The notes under the pieces: generated by a model | The model's input: the letters and a program-made list of their open reading frames with translations, nothing else | What the model was told of the DNA's origin: nothing | Database searches by the model: none | In this document: piece after piece, positions 1 to 14,099 of the stretch | Layout: each line of letters starts with the position of its first letter | Position numbering within the stretch: the first letter of the stretch is position 1 | Origin: Nageia nagi | Taxonomy: Eukaryota; Plantae; Pinophyta | NCBI GenBank assembly: GCA_050084985.1 | Contig: JBITNC010000001.1 | Location: 32,240,001 to 32,304,000 of the forward strand | Direction: 5' to 3' | Length of the DNA: 64,000 nucleotides | Program-made: the position numbers and the translations under genes

Positions 1-789
1 TTAGGGCTAGTTAAGCTATGTCTTCACAATCCAACCCTCCATCTTAACCACCTTCACCTCATGTATCCTAACCACTTTCATCCCATGTTTCCCAACCATC
101 ATATATCCCATCCTCTCCACCTAGACATACTTCCATCCCATCCCATCAAGAGGATCCATAATTCTACAAATATCTACATAGGAATCCCTTGTATGGTGAT
201 GTTAGTTCTTGAAATCATGTGGAAGCTATCCATTAAGACCCTTCCTATGAGGAACAAATCTTCTTGATTGATCCTCGTATCCATGACCTTTTTCACCAAT
301 TTAAGGCTAGAAAACCTTTTGCCTTCCAAACTATTTTTCAAGCTAGTTATGAGAAATAGGACCTTTGTTTTAAAAGTACCAAATCTTCCATGCTTGAATA
401 GGAGTTTACTAATCTTAATGTTCATGCTCAATCTTTATATGTTGATGATATTGATTTTTTTTTACCCTTTTAGTCCTATGTCATCAAATTGTTCTATTTC
501 TTTGGATTTATTTTATGATCCTCTATCTTCAAACATGGTTTTTTCTATCAACATGGTCCTTACCCATAAGCTAGACACTTGTTATCATCCCCTTGATGGT
601 GACTCTTTGATTATTTTTGATCCTAAATCCATGGATATCTCCTTGCCACTATCAAATTTCTTTTTACCAAGTGATGTTTATTTTTCTCCTCATTTTTCCC
701 TTTGTGATGCATCTTTGTCAAGTTTTGTGTCATCTATTTTTGATCCTACCAAATATGATTACTTCTATATTCCCATCCTTAAGCAACTT

Positions 790-3700
790 GAAGAGGGGTC
801 CCACATACATGTTGGGAGTATAGTTGAGATCGATATTATCGATGATCTTGAGAACCCCAAGATCATTTATGTTGGTGATGTTTTGACTGAGTCAAAACAT
901 GAGTTAGCTAAATTCATCTTAGTCAAATGTCATAAGCTTTTTTATTTTAGTTATGATGATATTCCAATATTAGATGCAAAGCTTATGGTGCATAACATTG
1001 TAACTTATCCTTATGCTAAACCAATGAAGAAAAATCCTAGGAAATTCAATACATCCCAATCCCTTTTGATCAAGGAGGAGCTTCAAAAACTTTTTAAGTC
1101 TTGATTAATCAAACCTATTGATTAGCCCAAGTCAATTTATAATATGATCTCTACCAACCAATCTAATGGTAGTATCCATATTTGCATGGATTTTCATGAT
1201 CTTAATAAGGCATGTCTTAAGGATGACTTCCCTCTACCAAATATTGATATCTTGGTTGACAATACCATTCAGTATGAGATTTTATACCTTATGGATGGTT
1301 TTATTTTTGTTATAACCAAATTTTGGTTAATCTTAATGATCAAAATAAAATAACCTTCACCATCCCTTGGAGGACCTATTGTTATAGAGTCATACCTTTT
1401 GGTATTAAGAATGCTAGAGTCACCTATCAAAGATCTATAAGATATATATTTTATGATGTGATACATAAAATTGTACAATATTGGGTCAATGATATTTCAG
1501 CCAAGTCCAAGATACATGAAGGACAATGGGAACTCTTTTGTAAGGTCTTTCATCATCTTCTTGAGCATAACATTAGGTTGAACCCTAAGAAGTGTGTTTT
1601 TTATTTCATATCAAGTAAGCTTTTAGGTTTCATCATTTCCAATAAAGGCATTGAAATTAACCCTAAAAAGGTCAAGTCCATCATCAATATGCCTCCTCAT
1701 ATTATCAATACCTTGAGAAGTATTCAAGGTTAGATCCAAGCCATTTGTTATTTCATAGCTTAGCTTTCAGATAAGTGTCATCCTTTTAACAAGCACTTGA
1801 AGAAAGGTATTATATTTGATTGGAATGAGAAGTTCCAACAAGCTTTTGATAACATTAAACATTATCTCACCACTCCTCCTATCTTAATCCCATAAATGGA
1901 TGTTCTCCCTTTTATCTTTACCTTTTGGAGATAAATTTTGCTATAGGTATTATTCTTACTCAAAAGAATGATTAGAGCAAGGAGCAAGCTATCTATTACC
2001 TTAGTAATACCTTTATCAATTATGACATTAGGTATATCTATATAGATCATATTTTCCTTTCTATTATCTTTGAAACCAAGAAATTACATCATTACATGCT
2101 TAATCTTATGACCTATGTAATTTCTCATGCTAATACCCTCTAGCATATGATGAAAAAGACTTATCATAACTCTTATACATCTAAGTGGCTCATGTTTTTA
2201 TCAAATTTTGACCTTGAGTTTGTTAGTAAATAATAATTAAAAGGTTAGGTTGTTAAATATTAGTTGTCTAAAGCACCCTTTCTCAATAATTCTTCTTTGT
2301 ATATAAATATCCTAGATGAGGATATCTTTAATATTGATGAAGAGGAAGAGTTCATCGATACTCATCAGGAATTTTAAATGACTACATATTTTGATGGATC
2401 CAAGTGTGACCAAGGGGATGGTGTAGGAGTTATCTTCTTTATGCCTCATGGAATCCCAATCCCTTATTCCTTTAAGTTAGCTTTTCCCTACACCAATAAT
2501 AATATAGAATATGTAGCCTTGATCCTAGTTCTTAGGACTACATTCGAGCTCAAGATAGAGAGACTCATGATTATTCCATTCTCTCTTAGTTGTTAACCAA
2601 AACCTGAAGTGTATCAATATCATAATAAACTCCTTAAGTCTTATAGAGAGTAGGTCATCAAACTCCTTAAGTATTTCAAATCCTATAAGATCAAGTCAAG
2701 TGGAATGCTCTTCCTCCTAACATGTATCCTAGTGATAAGCATGCTTTCAATCATCATGCTACTCGATACATGATTTTAGGGTATATCCTCTATAAGTGAT
2801 CCTTTAATGGAGTCCTATTCATTTTCTTGAGCTTTAGTGAACAACAAATTATGATGTAAAACTATCATGATGGCATTTGTAGTGAAAACTTTAATAGTAC
2901 CACTATCTCTAAGTGCATCCTACAAATGAGTTATTATTGGCCTACCATGAAGTGTGATTATAATGAATATATAAATAAATGTGTCAAGTATCAGTAAAAA
3001 TCCCTAGCTTTAGCATATCCCATCTCATCCTCCTCACCCTATCCAGACCATGTGGCCTTTGTAAATGGGGTTTCAATCTTATTGTTCAATTCATCCCTCC
3101 TACCTATGGTGGTCATAAATTCATTATCACTTCCATTAAGTACTTACAAAATGGTTCAAGGTGATCCTCCATGATACAATCCAATATAACATCTTTCATA
3201 AGACTCATATCATATATTGATATGGCATTCTTGCTAAGATCCTTATTGATAATGGTGCTAATTTCAAGAATCAACATATGAGGATAATTGGTAAATTCAT
3301 ATCAAGCAATCATTCTCCATGCCTTATTACCCTCAAGGTAGTGGTCAAGTTGAAGCAACCAATAAGATTATTATCTTAATTCATTAAGAAAATGATCAAT
3401 GATAATCATCATAATTGGCATGAGTATCTTTCATATGCTTTATGGGCATATTGTTCTAGTATTAGATGTCCATGGGTACTACCCCTTTCTCTCTCATCTA
3501 TGGTGCTAAGGCTATCATACCTCTTGAGCTTGATATGCATTTATAAAGAGACTCATGAAGCTCAACTATATCAACATACTTTTATAGATGAGAAATTCAT
3601 CAATGTGATTGAGCATCATAAGGTTTATTAAGATAATCTCAAGAAGGTATTCAATAAGAAGGTCTAACATCATGAGTTTTAAGTAGGTGACCTTGTTCTC

Positions 3701-3880
3701 AAAGACAATCAACAACAATCCTATTTAGAGCATTCTCTTAGGGAAAAGTTTATCTCTAATTGGCTAGGCCCCTACATTGTCAAGCAAAATATTGGTTAGA
3801 GTGTGTACCACCTCACAAATTTATAAGGATAGGAAGAACTTGAGCCTATCAAAATCATCCATCTTTTTAATTTCTATTCT
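790..3880 (+). pseudogene. pol: E1 pol pseudogene (RT, RNase H, archaeal-type RNase H, integrase)
   Basis: RT: ICMDFHDLNKACLKDDFPLPNIDILVD, DQNKITFTIPWRTYCYRVIPFGIKNA, LNPKKC. aRH: YFDGSKCDQGDGVGVIF...TNNNIEYVALI (2378-2596). INT: WGFNLI..GGHKFII, YYPQGSGQVEATNK, WHEYLSYALWAY, WLGPY. Many stops and frameshifts. Confidence 0.9.
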
Positions 3881-5099
3881 TGATTGTTGCTTATCATTTC
3901 TTTTTTCCATCTTGTCATCCTTTATTTTGTGTTTTTTGTTCATGTTATCTTGATCACCTTTATATTGTCATCCATGTTGAGTTGAGGGATGGTACCTTAT
4001 GTGTAGGTATTTATCCTCTTCTTGGGTATTTTATAACTTTGTGTTATTCACTCATTTGTTGTATTTTAATCATCCTATTAGGAGTTGATACTCAAGCCTA
4101 TCCTTCCTTTCACAGTTGTGCATTCATGTGCATTGTGGGATAGGATCATAGTCACTCATATCCTAACCATACCTTGTTATGTGCTTCATCACTTATGCAT
4201 TTTTCATCATATTTGATGTATTGCATTAATCATTTGTTTGGTATCAAGCTTGGTCCTCCTCTAGGGTTAAATTTGGACATTATCTCTCAAATTTTCATCA
4301 GAGCAAGCATACTTCTATACATGCATGGAATTTGGTCCCTTGTCTACCTAGAGGATCCATAATATTATTCTTTATTTCTTATGTCATAATGTATCACTAA
4401 CATTATTGTATGTCCATTTGTGACCCTAGTCATATTATCTCATCTACAATTCCCTATGAGAACATAACCACTTGGGTCAAAACCACATTGGGTTTTCCTT
4501 TTTTCATTCCTTTGGTTCTAACCATAGGTTGTGACTATCATAGTTTTTTAGGGATATCCTTATGTTACATATGACTTGTGACATGTATTGGCATCCTTCA
4601 AAGACATCTCTTTTGTATCATCATTTAGTACTTTTTTCATTTTTGTTGCTTGTGTTTCTATGTCTTATCAATTGCATTAGTCATGTTGTAATGTTTATAC
4701 ATTTTATTTATCATTGGTATTCATGTAATTGCTTTCATTTCATCCATTTTGTCTATTTTTATAGTTCTTCTACTTGCCCAAAGTTGCTACTTAGCCTTAT
4801 GTGGCATCTCAATAAGCATGCATGCAAATATGATCATTTTTATATATTTTCTAAACTTAATATTTTATGTTCTTTTTATGGCATTTTGAGTCACCCTATT
4901 AGTTTCATTACATTTCAAAGTCATTTGCTCATGTTTCAAATTTTAGGGATGTATGTCCTAAAATTTGACCCCTATGAAAATTGGCTATTTTGATGTCCAT
5001 TTTTAGATCTATCTTTTTTTAGTCCTTCATGAATATAAATATGATTTTCATGTCAAATTTTAGATCTATAACTCATCATTTGATATCTTTTTGAAAGCA

Positions 5100-6620
5100 A
5101 AGTTCAAGGCTATTTGGAATGCCACCCTTTTAGCATCATCCCTCCACTTGCAAATTCTTGAGATATGCTTGTAGTACATACAAATATGATTGTAGCATAT
5201 CCATTTAGGATACAGCTATATCTACTTAGCTACCATTTTGTCTCTCTATGCCTTTGTAGTTTCCCTCTCTACTCATGCCTGATCCTTGTCAATGATAGCT
5301 ATATCTTGCTCCTTTATAAGCTAAGCATCATGAGCAACCTATTTCTCAATAAAGGTATCTGGCACCATGTCAAAACTAGTTGGTTTGATGTCCATCCCCT
5401 CTATCTCAGTAGCCTCTCCTACCTCTCCTCACCTTGCTAGCCCTCTTGCTATAGTTGGTGTTGGTGCTACTAGTTTTGGCATTGTTATTACTAGTTGTGG
5501 TGCCTATAAGACTCCTTTGATCATGATGTGCTCATGCTATAGTGCCCCCCACCTATAATAATCCATAGTCATCCCAATATCATCTACATTTGGGATATTT
5601 ATAGTCACATATGGGGCATCATTGAGTACCATGTAATGTCTCCTTGGTAGGGCACACTATGCCTCTATCCATATATACAATTCTATATCTAGGGTACATC
5701 CTATTGCACCTCATGCTTCCATGTCACCCTCTCATACTAGTACATCTTGAAATCTTGGGGTATCTTCCTATGCAATCATAGGATCAATACACATGTTCCA
5801 GTTGCTCTACATCTTCATAACATATAAGGCCTCCCCTCCATGGTCAATAAATAAAATCCTCCACCCATAAAATAGCCCATATATTATGGTTCTATTTGTA
5901 TGATCATCTCTTCAATAACTCATGATCTCTTGACCATCGATGGGCATATGGAATCTCCTACCTTTCTATGGGTGCCTCTTGATTGACCTTGTAAATGTTA
6001 TGGATACCATATGATAGGTTGTGGATACATACTTCCATGCCCAAATCTTATCAACATGGCTTTAAAATCTTGACTCTTCCTAATTGTTGGTCTATGAGCT
6101 GTATGTAGGTCTATTGGAGGATTGTTGGTACTAGGCATACACCATACCCTCATCCATGATGCTAAGCATGATGTCTAATAGGTTCATGGAAACTTATGGC
6201 CTCTCATGTCAAGTAGAAAGAAGTTGCTAATGATGGTCATCACCATGGCCTCCTTCCTACTGATCAACCCATCCTCATATGCATCTATGTAGGTTACACT
6301 ATATGGTCGATATAAATCATCTTCCATCCCTCTTTGAACATTCTAAACACCATTTGGCTCCTTGAGGAGGCCACTATCACCATGGATACCTCTACTAGCA
6401 CTTGGAATATCTAGTATATGTCCTCTAGAGTAATCATTATTTCTTCTATGGTAAAATGGAAGATGTTATGTTGGGCATCCTAGCACTCCACCAAGGCGTA
6501 TACATAAGCCTGGTCCATTATGATCATCCTTAATCATTTTATACTTGTGAGCTCAATTTCCTTGAGCTATATCTAGTCATGGTCATCTAGTACCCTACAT
6601 ATATCCTTGAAAAATGGCCT
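5100..6620 (-). pseudogene. Antisense plant mobile domain (PMD/MAIN-like, aminotransferase-like) ORF remnant of E1
   Basis: Minus strand ~6500-6385 reads ALVEC*DAQHNIFHFTIEEIMITLEDIY*IFQV (PMD consensus ALVERWxxETHTFHLPxGEMTITLEDV), then VYA* (~6135), IWAWKY (~6035) and a Glu/Arg-rich tail; boundaries approximate. Confidence 0.75.
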
Positions 6621-8063
6621 AAAATTATGCTAGGTTTTCACTCGACATCAATTCAAATGGTTTTCATATCATTCATGTTTATCCAAGTTAGTATATCTCT
6701 ATTTTGCTAAGTTAGTCATCTCAATTTTAAGTTCATCTTTATTTTAAAGTCCACCCTAAGTCATTCTACCTTGTCTTGTATCAAGTGTAACATCCTTAAG
6801 GTATCTTGTCATGTATTTATCATCCATAATCTCTTCATTATCCATTTTTGCCTATGTTGACCTAAATTTTCTAACTGGTCTTCTGCAAGTTGGCTAGAGC
6901 TAATTGGATGCTTTCTTATAAACCTATTAGTGTACCAATTGGGTGATCAAATAACAAACTATTGGTCTTGAGTCTAGCTAGCTAGGTCCTAGCTGGTGGG
7001 GTACCAACTAGCCCCTAAATTAGGACCAATCTACTCCCCATATGCTAGCAATGCCAATAGGGTAGAATTGAACCTGCAACCCATGCTTGGAAAAGTTACA
7101 AAAACACATACAAATAAGCCTCTAAACCAAAATATAATCTAGCAAAATTCTAAATATCTCTACACTAATTTTATTTACTTATTTATCTATTTTGGTTTGC
7201 TATTTTTTCCATAAATTTATGCCTTGAGTTTCTCTTTTCTCCTATGATTTTATCCTTTTTAGTCAAATTTAATCATTAAAAACCAAAATAAATTACATTT
7301 TATTCATTAATTTGTATGTGATCTACATAGCTACTCTTTAGAATAGAAAATATTCTATATTTTAGTCACTTATCTACTTGTGGAGGTGATTACTACCTCC
7401 TCCTGATGGGCCACATGGTGGGTCCTATCCTTCACCTATTACAACTACCATCTCCCTTAGTAAATCCTGGTCACATTCAAGCTCATAGAGCAAGGTGGTC
7501 TTTCCTTGATTAGAGCTCTATTCTCATGAGTAAAAGTATGCAAAATGACAAATGAACTTGACTTTTTTATTTTTATCTCTTCACATTCTACCTGACCTAT
7601 TGGCTAAGCACCCAACCTGCTAGTCGATCCTTCTAGCTAGTATACTTAGTTTTTTCTATCAACTAGCCTTAGATAACCTATTCCATACTAGTTACATCTA
7701 ATATTTATCATTTTCCTCATTTTGATCCATATACTCACTTTCTCACTCATCGATCAACAAGATGGTTGTGGCCCTCCTCCTGAACCTCCTCCCATCTTCC
7801 TACTCAAGGGGATGTACTTACCTTATTCATGATTCTAATTATCATCATCTTGTTAGGTACCTCCTAGGTGCAATCAATATTTTAAAAAATTCATGTTTTC
7901 ACCTTGCACTTTTATCTATCAATATCGATCACTTTAGCATACTTATCATTTATCTTTAAGCATGGTATATTGTTTAGGCATCACATGCTTACATGATATG
8001 ATCAAATGCCTAGTAGGTCTATGATCTTATGCTTGATCATTCAAAATGATTATATTCTATTTA

Positions 8064-8263
8064 TTTCAACCCTTAATTTTTGGGACAAATCACAATCATA
8101 TCACCATTTGACTACTAGGGAAAAGAAATATCATTTTACCTTTCAACTGCTAGGAAAAACAAAATCATATTACCATTCAACTATTGGGGCAAAGCATAAT
8201 CATTTTACCCTTTGAATATTGGGGAAAAGTAGAATCATTTTACCTTCAACTACTAGGGCAAAG
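8064..8263 (+). repeat. ~35-bp tandem repeat array (5-6 degenerate copies) in the E1 3' UTR
   Basis: Repeated unit like AATCATTTTACCTTTCAACTACTGGGGCAAAG. Confidence 0.8.
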
Positions 8264-8354
8264 AAGAGATCATTTGCTTTTGTTGCTTAGTTGTATAATA
8301 TGCCTTTTCAATTTCATTTCATGTAACTTACTTTTTAGCATATCACATCCTATC

Positions 8355-9072
8355 TGTATTCTATAAATTATGCAAAATACAAATATACATAATAAATAAA
8401 AATAGATATACAATATAAGAAGAATAGATATATACACTATCATATACAATAAATATATATGAAATACATTAACTTGATATGAAGTGTATGCATAATCCTC
8501 AAAAGTAAATAGCAATGAATATTCAAAGGATTAGGATCAAATTTGTGGTGAGTTTGTAATGGATCTTAGTGTACATGAATCAATAGCTTGACCATAAAAA
8601 TATAGAACCATAAATCTAGAAGATGCACATCATTAGTAACATGGAATAAGTAGAATTATGATGTGCACAAAATATAGAAAGTTTTAGAGCTCAAAGCATA
8701 ATAATTTCTCATAATATATGGCATCAAAAGACACCATAGCTTGATGAAGATTGCAAAACATAACCAACTATAAGAGATCTTATCATATAAAAGAGTTCTT
8801 ATCAATAGAGGTCTAACTATTCCACTTGCATATATAGCTTGAAAAAGATATAGAAAGGAGTGAAGGCTAACCTCTAACAATAATATAAACTTTTTTGTAT
8901 TCAAGATACTTTAAAATATAAACCATGATAAGTGATATAACATTTAATATAACACATGGTATTGCATTGTAATATTAATTTTATCTTGATATTTGTAATA
9001 TTGTAATAAGTTATTTAGGAAGTCTAAATATAATTTATTAAATAAATAATAAATTATTTTTAGGTATCTACA
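8355..9072 (-). repeat. E2 3' LTR
   Basis: TGTATTCTATAAATTATG...TAGGTATCTACA, colinear with 33585-34290; adjacent PPT-like TCCAAAGAGGGCCAA on the minus strand. Confidence 0.9.
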
Positions 9073-9509
9073 TGTTGGCCCTCTTTGGATATGAAATGAA
9101 AAGCATTGAAATTGAATAATCTAAAGAAGTTTAGAGAAGAGAAAAAAAATTCAATAGTAAAGTGGACTTCGATTTTTTGATCAATATGTTGAGTATGATA
9201 TGTTATCTACCCATTTTTGGTCTTGTATTTCCCCTCACTTTAGCTTTTTTATAGAATCAAGTGAAAAATTGAAATCCTTGTATAAGGAGGGTACCTCTAT
9301 TCAGGTCCTACTCTCCCAAACAATACCTTTTTGAGAACAATCCAACATAATACTCACATAGATCACATCCCATCAAAGAATAATTAATTGAAAGAGCAAA
9401 TATGAAATAAATATGTTATCCATTGTGTCACTACTATCATTGCAACTCATAGTTATATGAAGATCAAGCTGATGAGATCTTTTGATGCCCCAAGCTTGGA
9501 ATAACCTAC

Positions 9510-10666
9510 TAACAAAGCATTTATATATACTATCAATCCAGGAAGGTAGCTTATGAATGGTTATGCAATATATATGCACAATAGAGTTATCTTGGTGGGA
9601 TGCCTACTACCTTGTCTCTACTATCAAAGCATGCATGTGAAGTTTTTTTATATTCTTAAGAGAGATTGTAAATAACAAGGGTACTGAATCAAAATGACAT
9701 TAAAATAGGAATTTAATAGTAACAAAAAATTCTAGTGATAATAGGAAACAGTGGTTACAAGAAATACATATAATGTTAATGAGAAAAATGAAACACACCA
9801 CACTAATGATTTTATGAACCTATGAAGGAAAAGAACTTCCAATAGTTTACTTTAAAAGAAATAAATACTACCATCCATTCATATATAAATCATGTTAAAC
9901 TATCAACAAAACTACTAAAGTTGTAAACTAACTAAATCTATAAATTAATTGAATCTATAAACTAACTAAATCAATAAATTGACTGAATCATTCACTTTTA
10001 ACAATAAATAGGGGGCCCTTCCTATCTTCTTGCAAAGGAACAAATTAGATTTTATAGAATAGTACTTACCATATATTCCAATCAAATGAAATCTTCACAA
10101 TCCAAAAAAATCTAGAACTTGCATAGAAAATTTAACTAACTCCTACCATTTCTACTATCCAAAATATATATGTCTGATTACAACTGCTCCCATAAATCTT
10201 GGAGCCACATCAAATACCAATCTTAAATCACAATGAGTGTTCTTAATGCAAAATATGAAATGTGGGACAATAGTTTATTAGTCCTGAACTAACTTAGGTT
10301 TTATCATTCTCCTAATTCTATTTGATAATGGTCAAGTATCATATAGATACATAAGTGACATCTTTGTTGCATCACTCAACCTTCAATTAAGGTTTTCTTC
10401 AAGTCTTCATATTCAATCAATAATGGCTACAAAACATGGTAGCACAAAATGCTTCTAACTAGCCAATCACCAATGCACAAACCTTTTTTCAAGCTTCAAG
10501 ACACATTACTAGGTTAATTTATCAAGCATATAGTCTAGATACAAATATCTAACTTAATACTCCATTATTCACTTGACATGTATGGAAATGGGATGAAGGA
10601 TGATCTAAGGAGGGAAATAAGATGATATCAAAGTATTCAAAACATAGGTAAATTTAGGACTTATCA
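9510..10666 (-). repeat. E3 3' LTR
   Basis: Colinear with 19643-20798 along its length; ends ...TTATCA. Confidence 0.9.
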
Positions 10667-11279
10667 TTCCCTTAGCTGAAGGTGTTGCTCATCCCTGAGT
10701 AACAAAACTCTTTCATTCATCATCCAAACCTTCCATCTTCATCTTACATTTAGCTCTAATGTCATATGCTAATGGGAAAACTTGACTATCCTCACTATGA
10801 AACACCTACTGCTTCAACAATTCTTCCATAACCTTTTCCTCTTCTATTTATTTGTATCAGTCTATCCCTTATAGTTTATCTATCGTGTCCATAATGAAAA
10901 TGGCATGAATCTCAACCTAACCCACTTGAGCTCTTATTCATTTAGAATCTATGAATACCACCTAGCTCTATCTAGTGCTACCTTCATTGCATAAATAGAG
11001 TGGGGCTCTCTCTTTCACAGAGATGGAGACAAATAACCCACCTATTTTTTGTGGCTAATATCACATCCTTTAACTTGGAGTGGCATAGTTCTTGAAACTA
11101 TTAGATTACATGCTTCTATAAAGTTATATGTTTAGTAGCATATGGTGGTTTGACTCAAAGTTTTTCATGTCTTTCCTAATTTCCTCTACAAACTTGTACT
11201 CGACCCTAATGGTCATAGGATGAGTGTATTCTAATTCCCAAAAGGCATAACTTTGCACCTCTATTTCTAGTTCATCCTA

Positions 11280-13383
11280 CATAAATGAACACAAGGCCAT
11301 CAAATGTACATCTCCAATAATCAAGTTAATATTTAAACAAGTCATCTTAGGCAATAAAAGGCCACATAAATAAAACTTAGCTAGGAGGTTCTTGAAATCT
11401 TCTTGAGAATGATTGTAGATCCTATTAAAGAATCCTAAATCATAAACCCTAATTTTATGATACCACATGAGCATATCCAACTTAAATAAACACAAGTTTT
11501 CTCTAATCTCATACACTCGAGGAGGATCCCTACCTTCAATAAGATCCTTGATCACCTTTCCAATTTTAGTAAAGGTTTTATGGATGTCCTTGTATTGCTT
11601 GGCTACTTGATCCTTCTTCTCAATTTGGGTCTAAGTGAGATTTTGAATTCCTCATATTTGGCACTGATCTTGGACAATTTCTTTTCAAAGTCCTCTTTCT
11701 ATTCACTAAGATTTTTCTCATGTTTTGATATCGTATGTATTTTTTTCATATTTGGACATTTTCTTCTATAACTATTTGCATTTGTTCCAAAGAGGTTTTA
11801 TTTGGAATTTCCATTTTATACTCTTTATCCTTCTTTTCAATTTTCCACTACTTGATTAGCACTTACAGTCCTTTACTTGGATTCCTAAATCTACTTCATG
11901 AAATTTAGATGCTTGGCTTTCTCTTCTACCTCTTTCTTAGATTTAATTATCTCCCTTAACTACTATAATTCAATCTTTAGCTTCTCATTATCCATTACCT
12001 TCCTTCCAAAGGAAATGTTTAATTTCATGTTTGTAGTCTTAAGTGCTTCCAAGTTTGAAAAACTTATATTCATTTGGGCTATAGATATTGCTTTTTCCTA
12101 TGCTTATCTGAGCTAGGGATTTTTTTTTAATAATGCTTCTTTCAATGAAACACAAAAATGTTGAAGGGCAAGATATCTTCCTTTTTGATTTGAATAGAGG
12201 GGATATATTATTTCTTTCTTTATGTTGTACTGAAAAGTCCAAAGGTTTGCAAACCAAAACTAGGTAGAATCTCTATTTCTTCTTCTTCCTCAATCTAAAT
12301 TTCTACTATGTCTTTATCATGGGTGGTCATTCTAACTGAATTATATTTTCCATAGCCACTAGAATTTAAGGTCTCTTACTAATATGAAGTATCCTCATTC
12401 ATCTCCTCTTCTTCTGGCTTAGTTTCTTTTATAGGTTCTTCTTTAGGTTCATACTCATCATCTAAGTAAATAGGGCTATCAACTTTCAAGGGTTTCTTCT
12501 TTTTATTAGCCATCAATTGATTAGACCTCCTTACCCTTTTCTTAGATTTTTGTTTCTACTTTCTTTTTCTTTTTCCCTTATTGGAAGTTTCATAATCTAA
12601 TTTTGATTCTAATTTTGACTCCCTCTCATTAGACCCTGAAGGTTCTATGTAGTTTTTTATTCATCACTATCTAAGGGTTTCTTGGAGGAAGATTGCCCCA
12701 ATTTTGCTATTATCACCTTCTTGAATTCGGATACAGAGAGACCTAGATCATTGTTCACAAATTGATCCCAAGGGACATTTGGGTAAAAAAAATTTAGATA
12801 ATGCTCTACAATTAATGTTATCAACCATGGTGAGCCAAACTATTAATTCCAAATTTTTCAAATTATAAGGATATTGCATGGATGGAGCAATTGATGTAGA
12901 ATGACATATTCACTAGCTTTTTATATCGTAAATGAAATAAAATCTTCAAATTGTAAGAAAATATGTATTGATATTGACCTTCACTAGTGAAGTACAAAAT
13001 TAGATGATATGCCACTTCTCCCATAGCTCTATAAGTGAGGTGTGACTAATGCCCTAGTTCATGATTTCTAGCTCTTTATCTCTAGGTCTAATGAATAACT
13101 CCTTACATTTCTTTGTATCCATCTTGAACCATTTTTCCTAAGTCTATGGTAGCCCTATAACTACTGTTATTATGTTTTAAGTGAAATGCACTATCATTCC
13201 TTTCACAACTAAATGGTTGGTCTCACAATTCTTGGTAAATTCTTTCATAATCTCTTGATTATACCCATGAATTTTATTCACAAAGGTCATCCATCCTACT
13301 TCTATGAATGCTTTAGTAGTGACCACTAAAATCGTAATCTTGGCTATAGTTTTTGGTTCATTAAATATGAATTTTGCTTCCAT
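11280..13383 (-). pseudogene. E3 additional sense ORF3 (Athila env-like / plant transposon protein-like, coiled-coil tail)
   Basis: MEAKFIFNEPKTIAKI...GWMTFVNKIHGYNQEIMKEFTKNCE...IGLP..EKWFK, then YFTSEGQY...ILFHLRY, then charged and coiled-coil stretches; preceded by an internal G-rich tract (13557-13566); end approximate. Confidence 0.65.
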
Positions 13384-14099
13384 TGAAATAATATTCAAGA
13401 ATTATTTGAAATTCCTTATTAGAAAACTTCTACAATTTGTTATTTGACCCCTTTTTGTAGTTTTCTAACACTAACTAACTGCATGTATTGCATGCATGAA
13501 ATGAGTTATCCATCACCTCAATAAGTATTGGACTTGTAAAGGAATGGGCTTCGCACTCCCCCCCAACTAAAGTGTTATTATCTATCCGTAGATGGTTGAT
13601 AATCAACAATGGTGATGGATTATGGACATGTGCTAAGTGTGTGACATTGGATGAGGAATGTGATCTTATAATTAGTTTAGAATGTGATGTGTGGATCACG
13701 TCATGATTATCATTTACGCATGTGAATAAAAGAGTACATACCTAAACATTAATATCTAATCATACAAAAACTTAATAAAATAAACTTGATGCTCACCAAT
13801 TAAATGGACAGGTGATGTATAAGGCAAAATGTGCATGAGTTGGAGTTGTGGTGGCTAAGGAAGTTTGTTAATGATGTGATGATCAAGCACCCTCCAAAAT
13901 GACATGTTGTAGTGATGACCAGGCATCCTTTTATAGCTTCTATTAACTCTTTATTATTCCTATAATAAAATAAAAGTTAGTACATATTTGTGATCTCTCT
14001 TTGAGTTTGTTTGTCAACTGGTAGAAATCAAGGTTCCAATTATATGTTGTTTATGCTCAGATCTAGCATAGACTAGGGGTGGAATGAAGTTCAACCATT

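Noticed and set aside
268-1104. 278-aa ORF as a functional gene
   Set aside because: Only the C-terminal part matches the pre-RT region of a decayed gypsy pol
3880-5558. Hydrophobic plus-strand ORFs suggesting membrane or env proteins
   Set aside because: They arise from T-rich UTR sequence or the reverse of the PMD tail; no recognisable motifs
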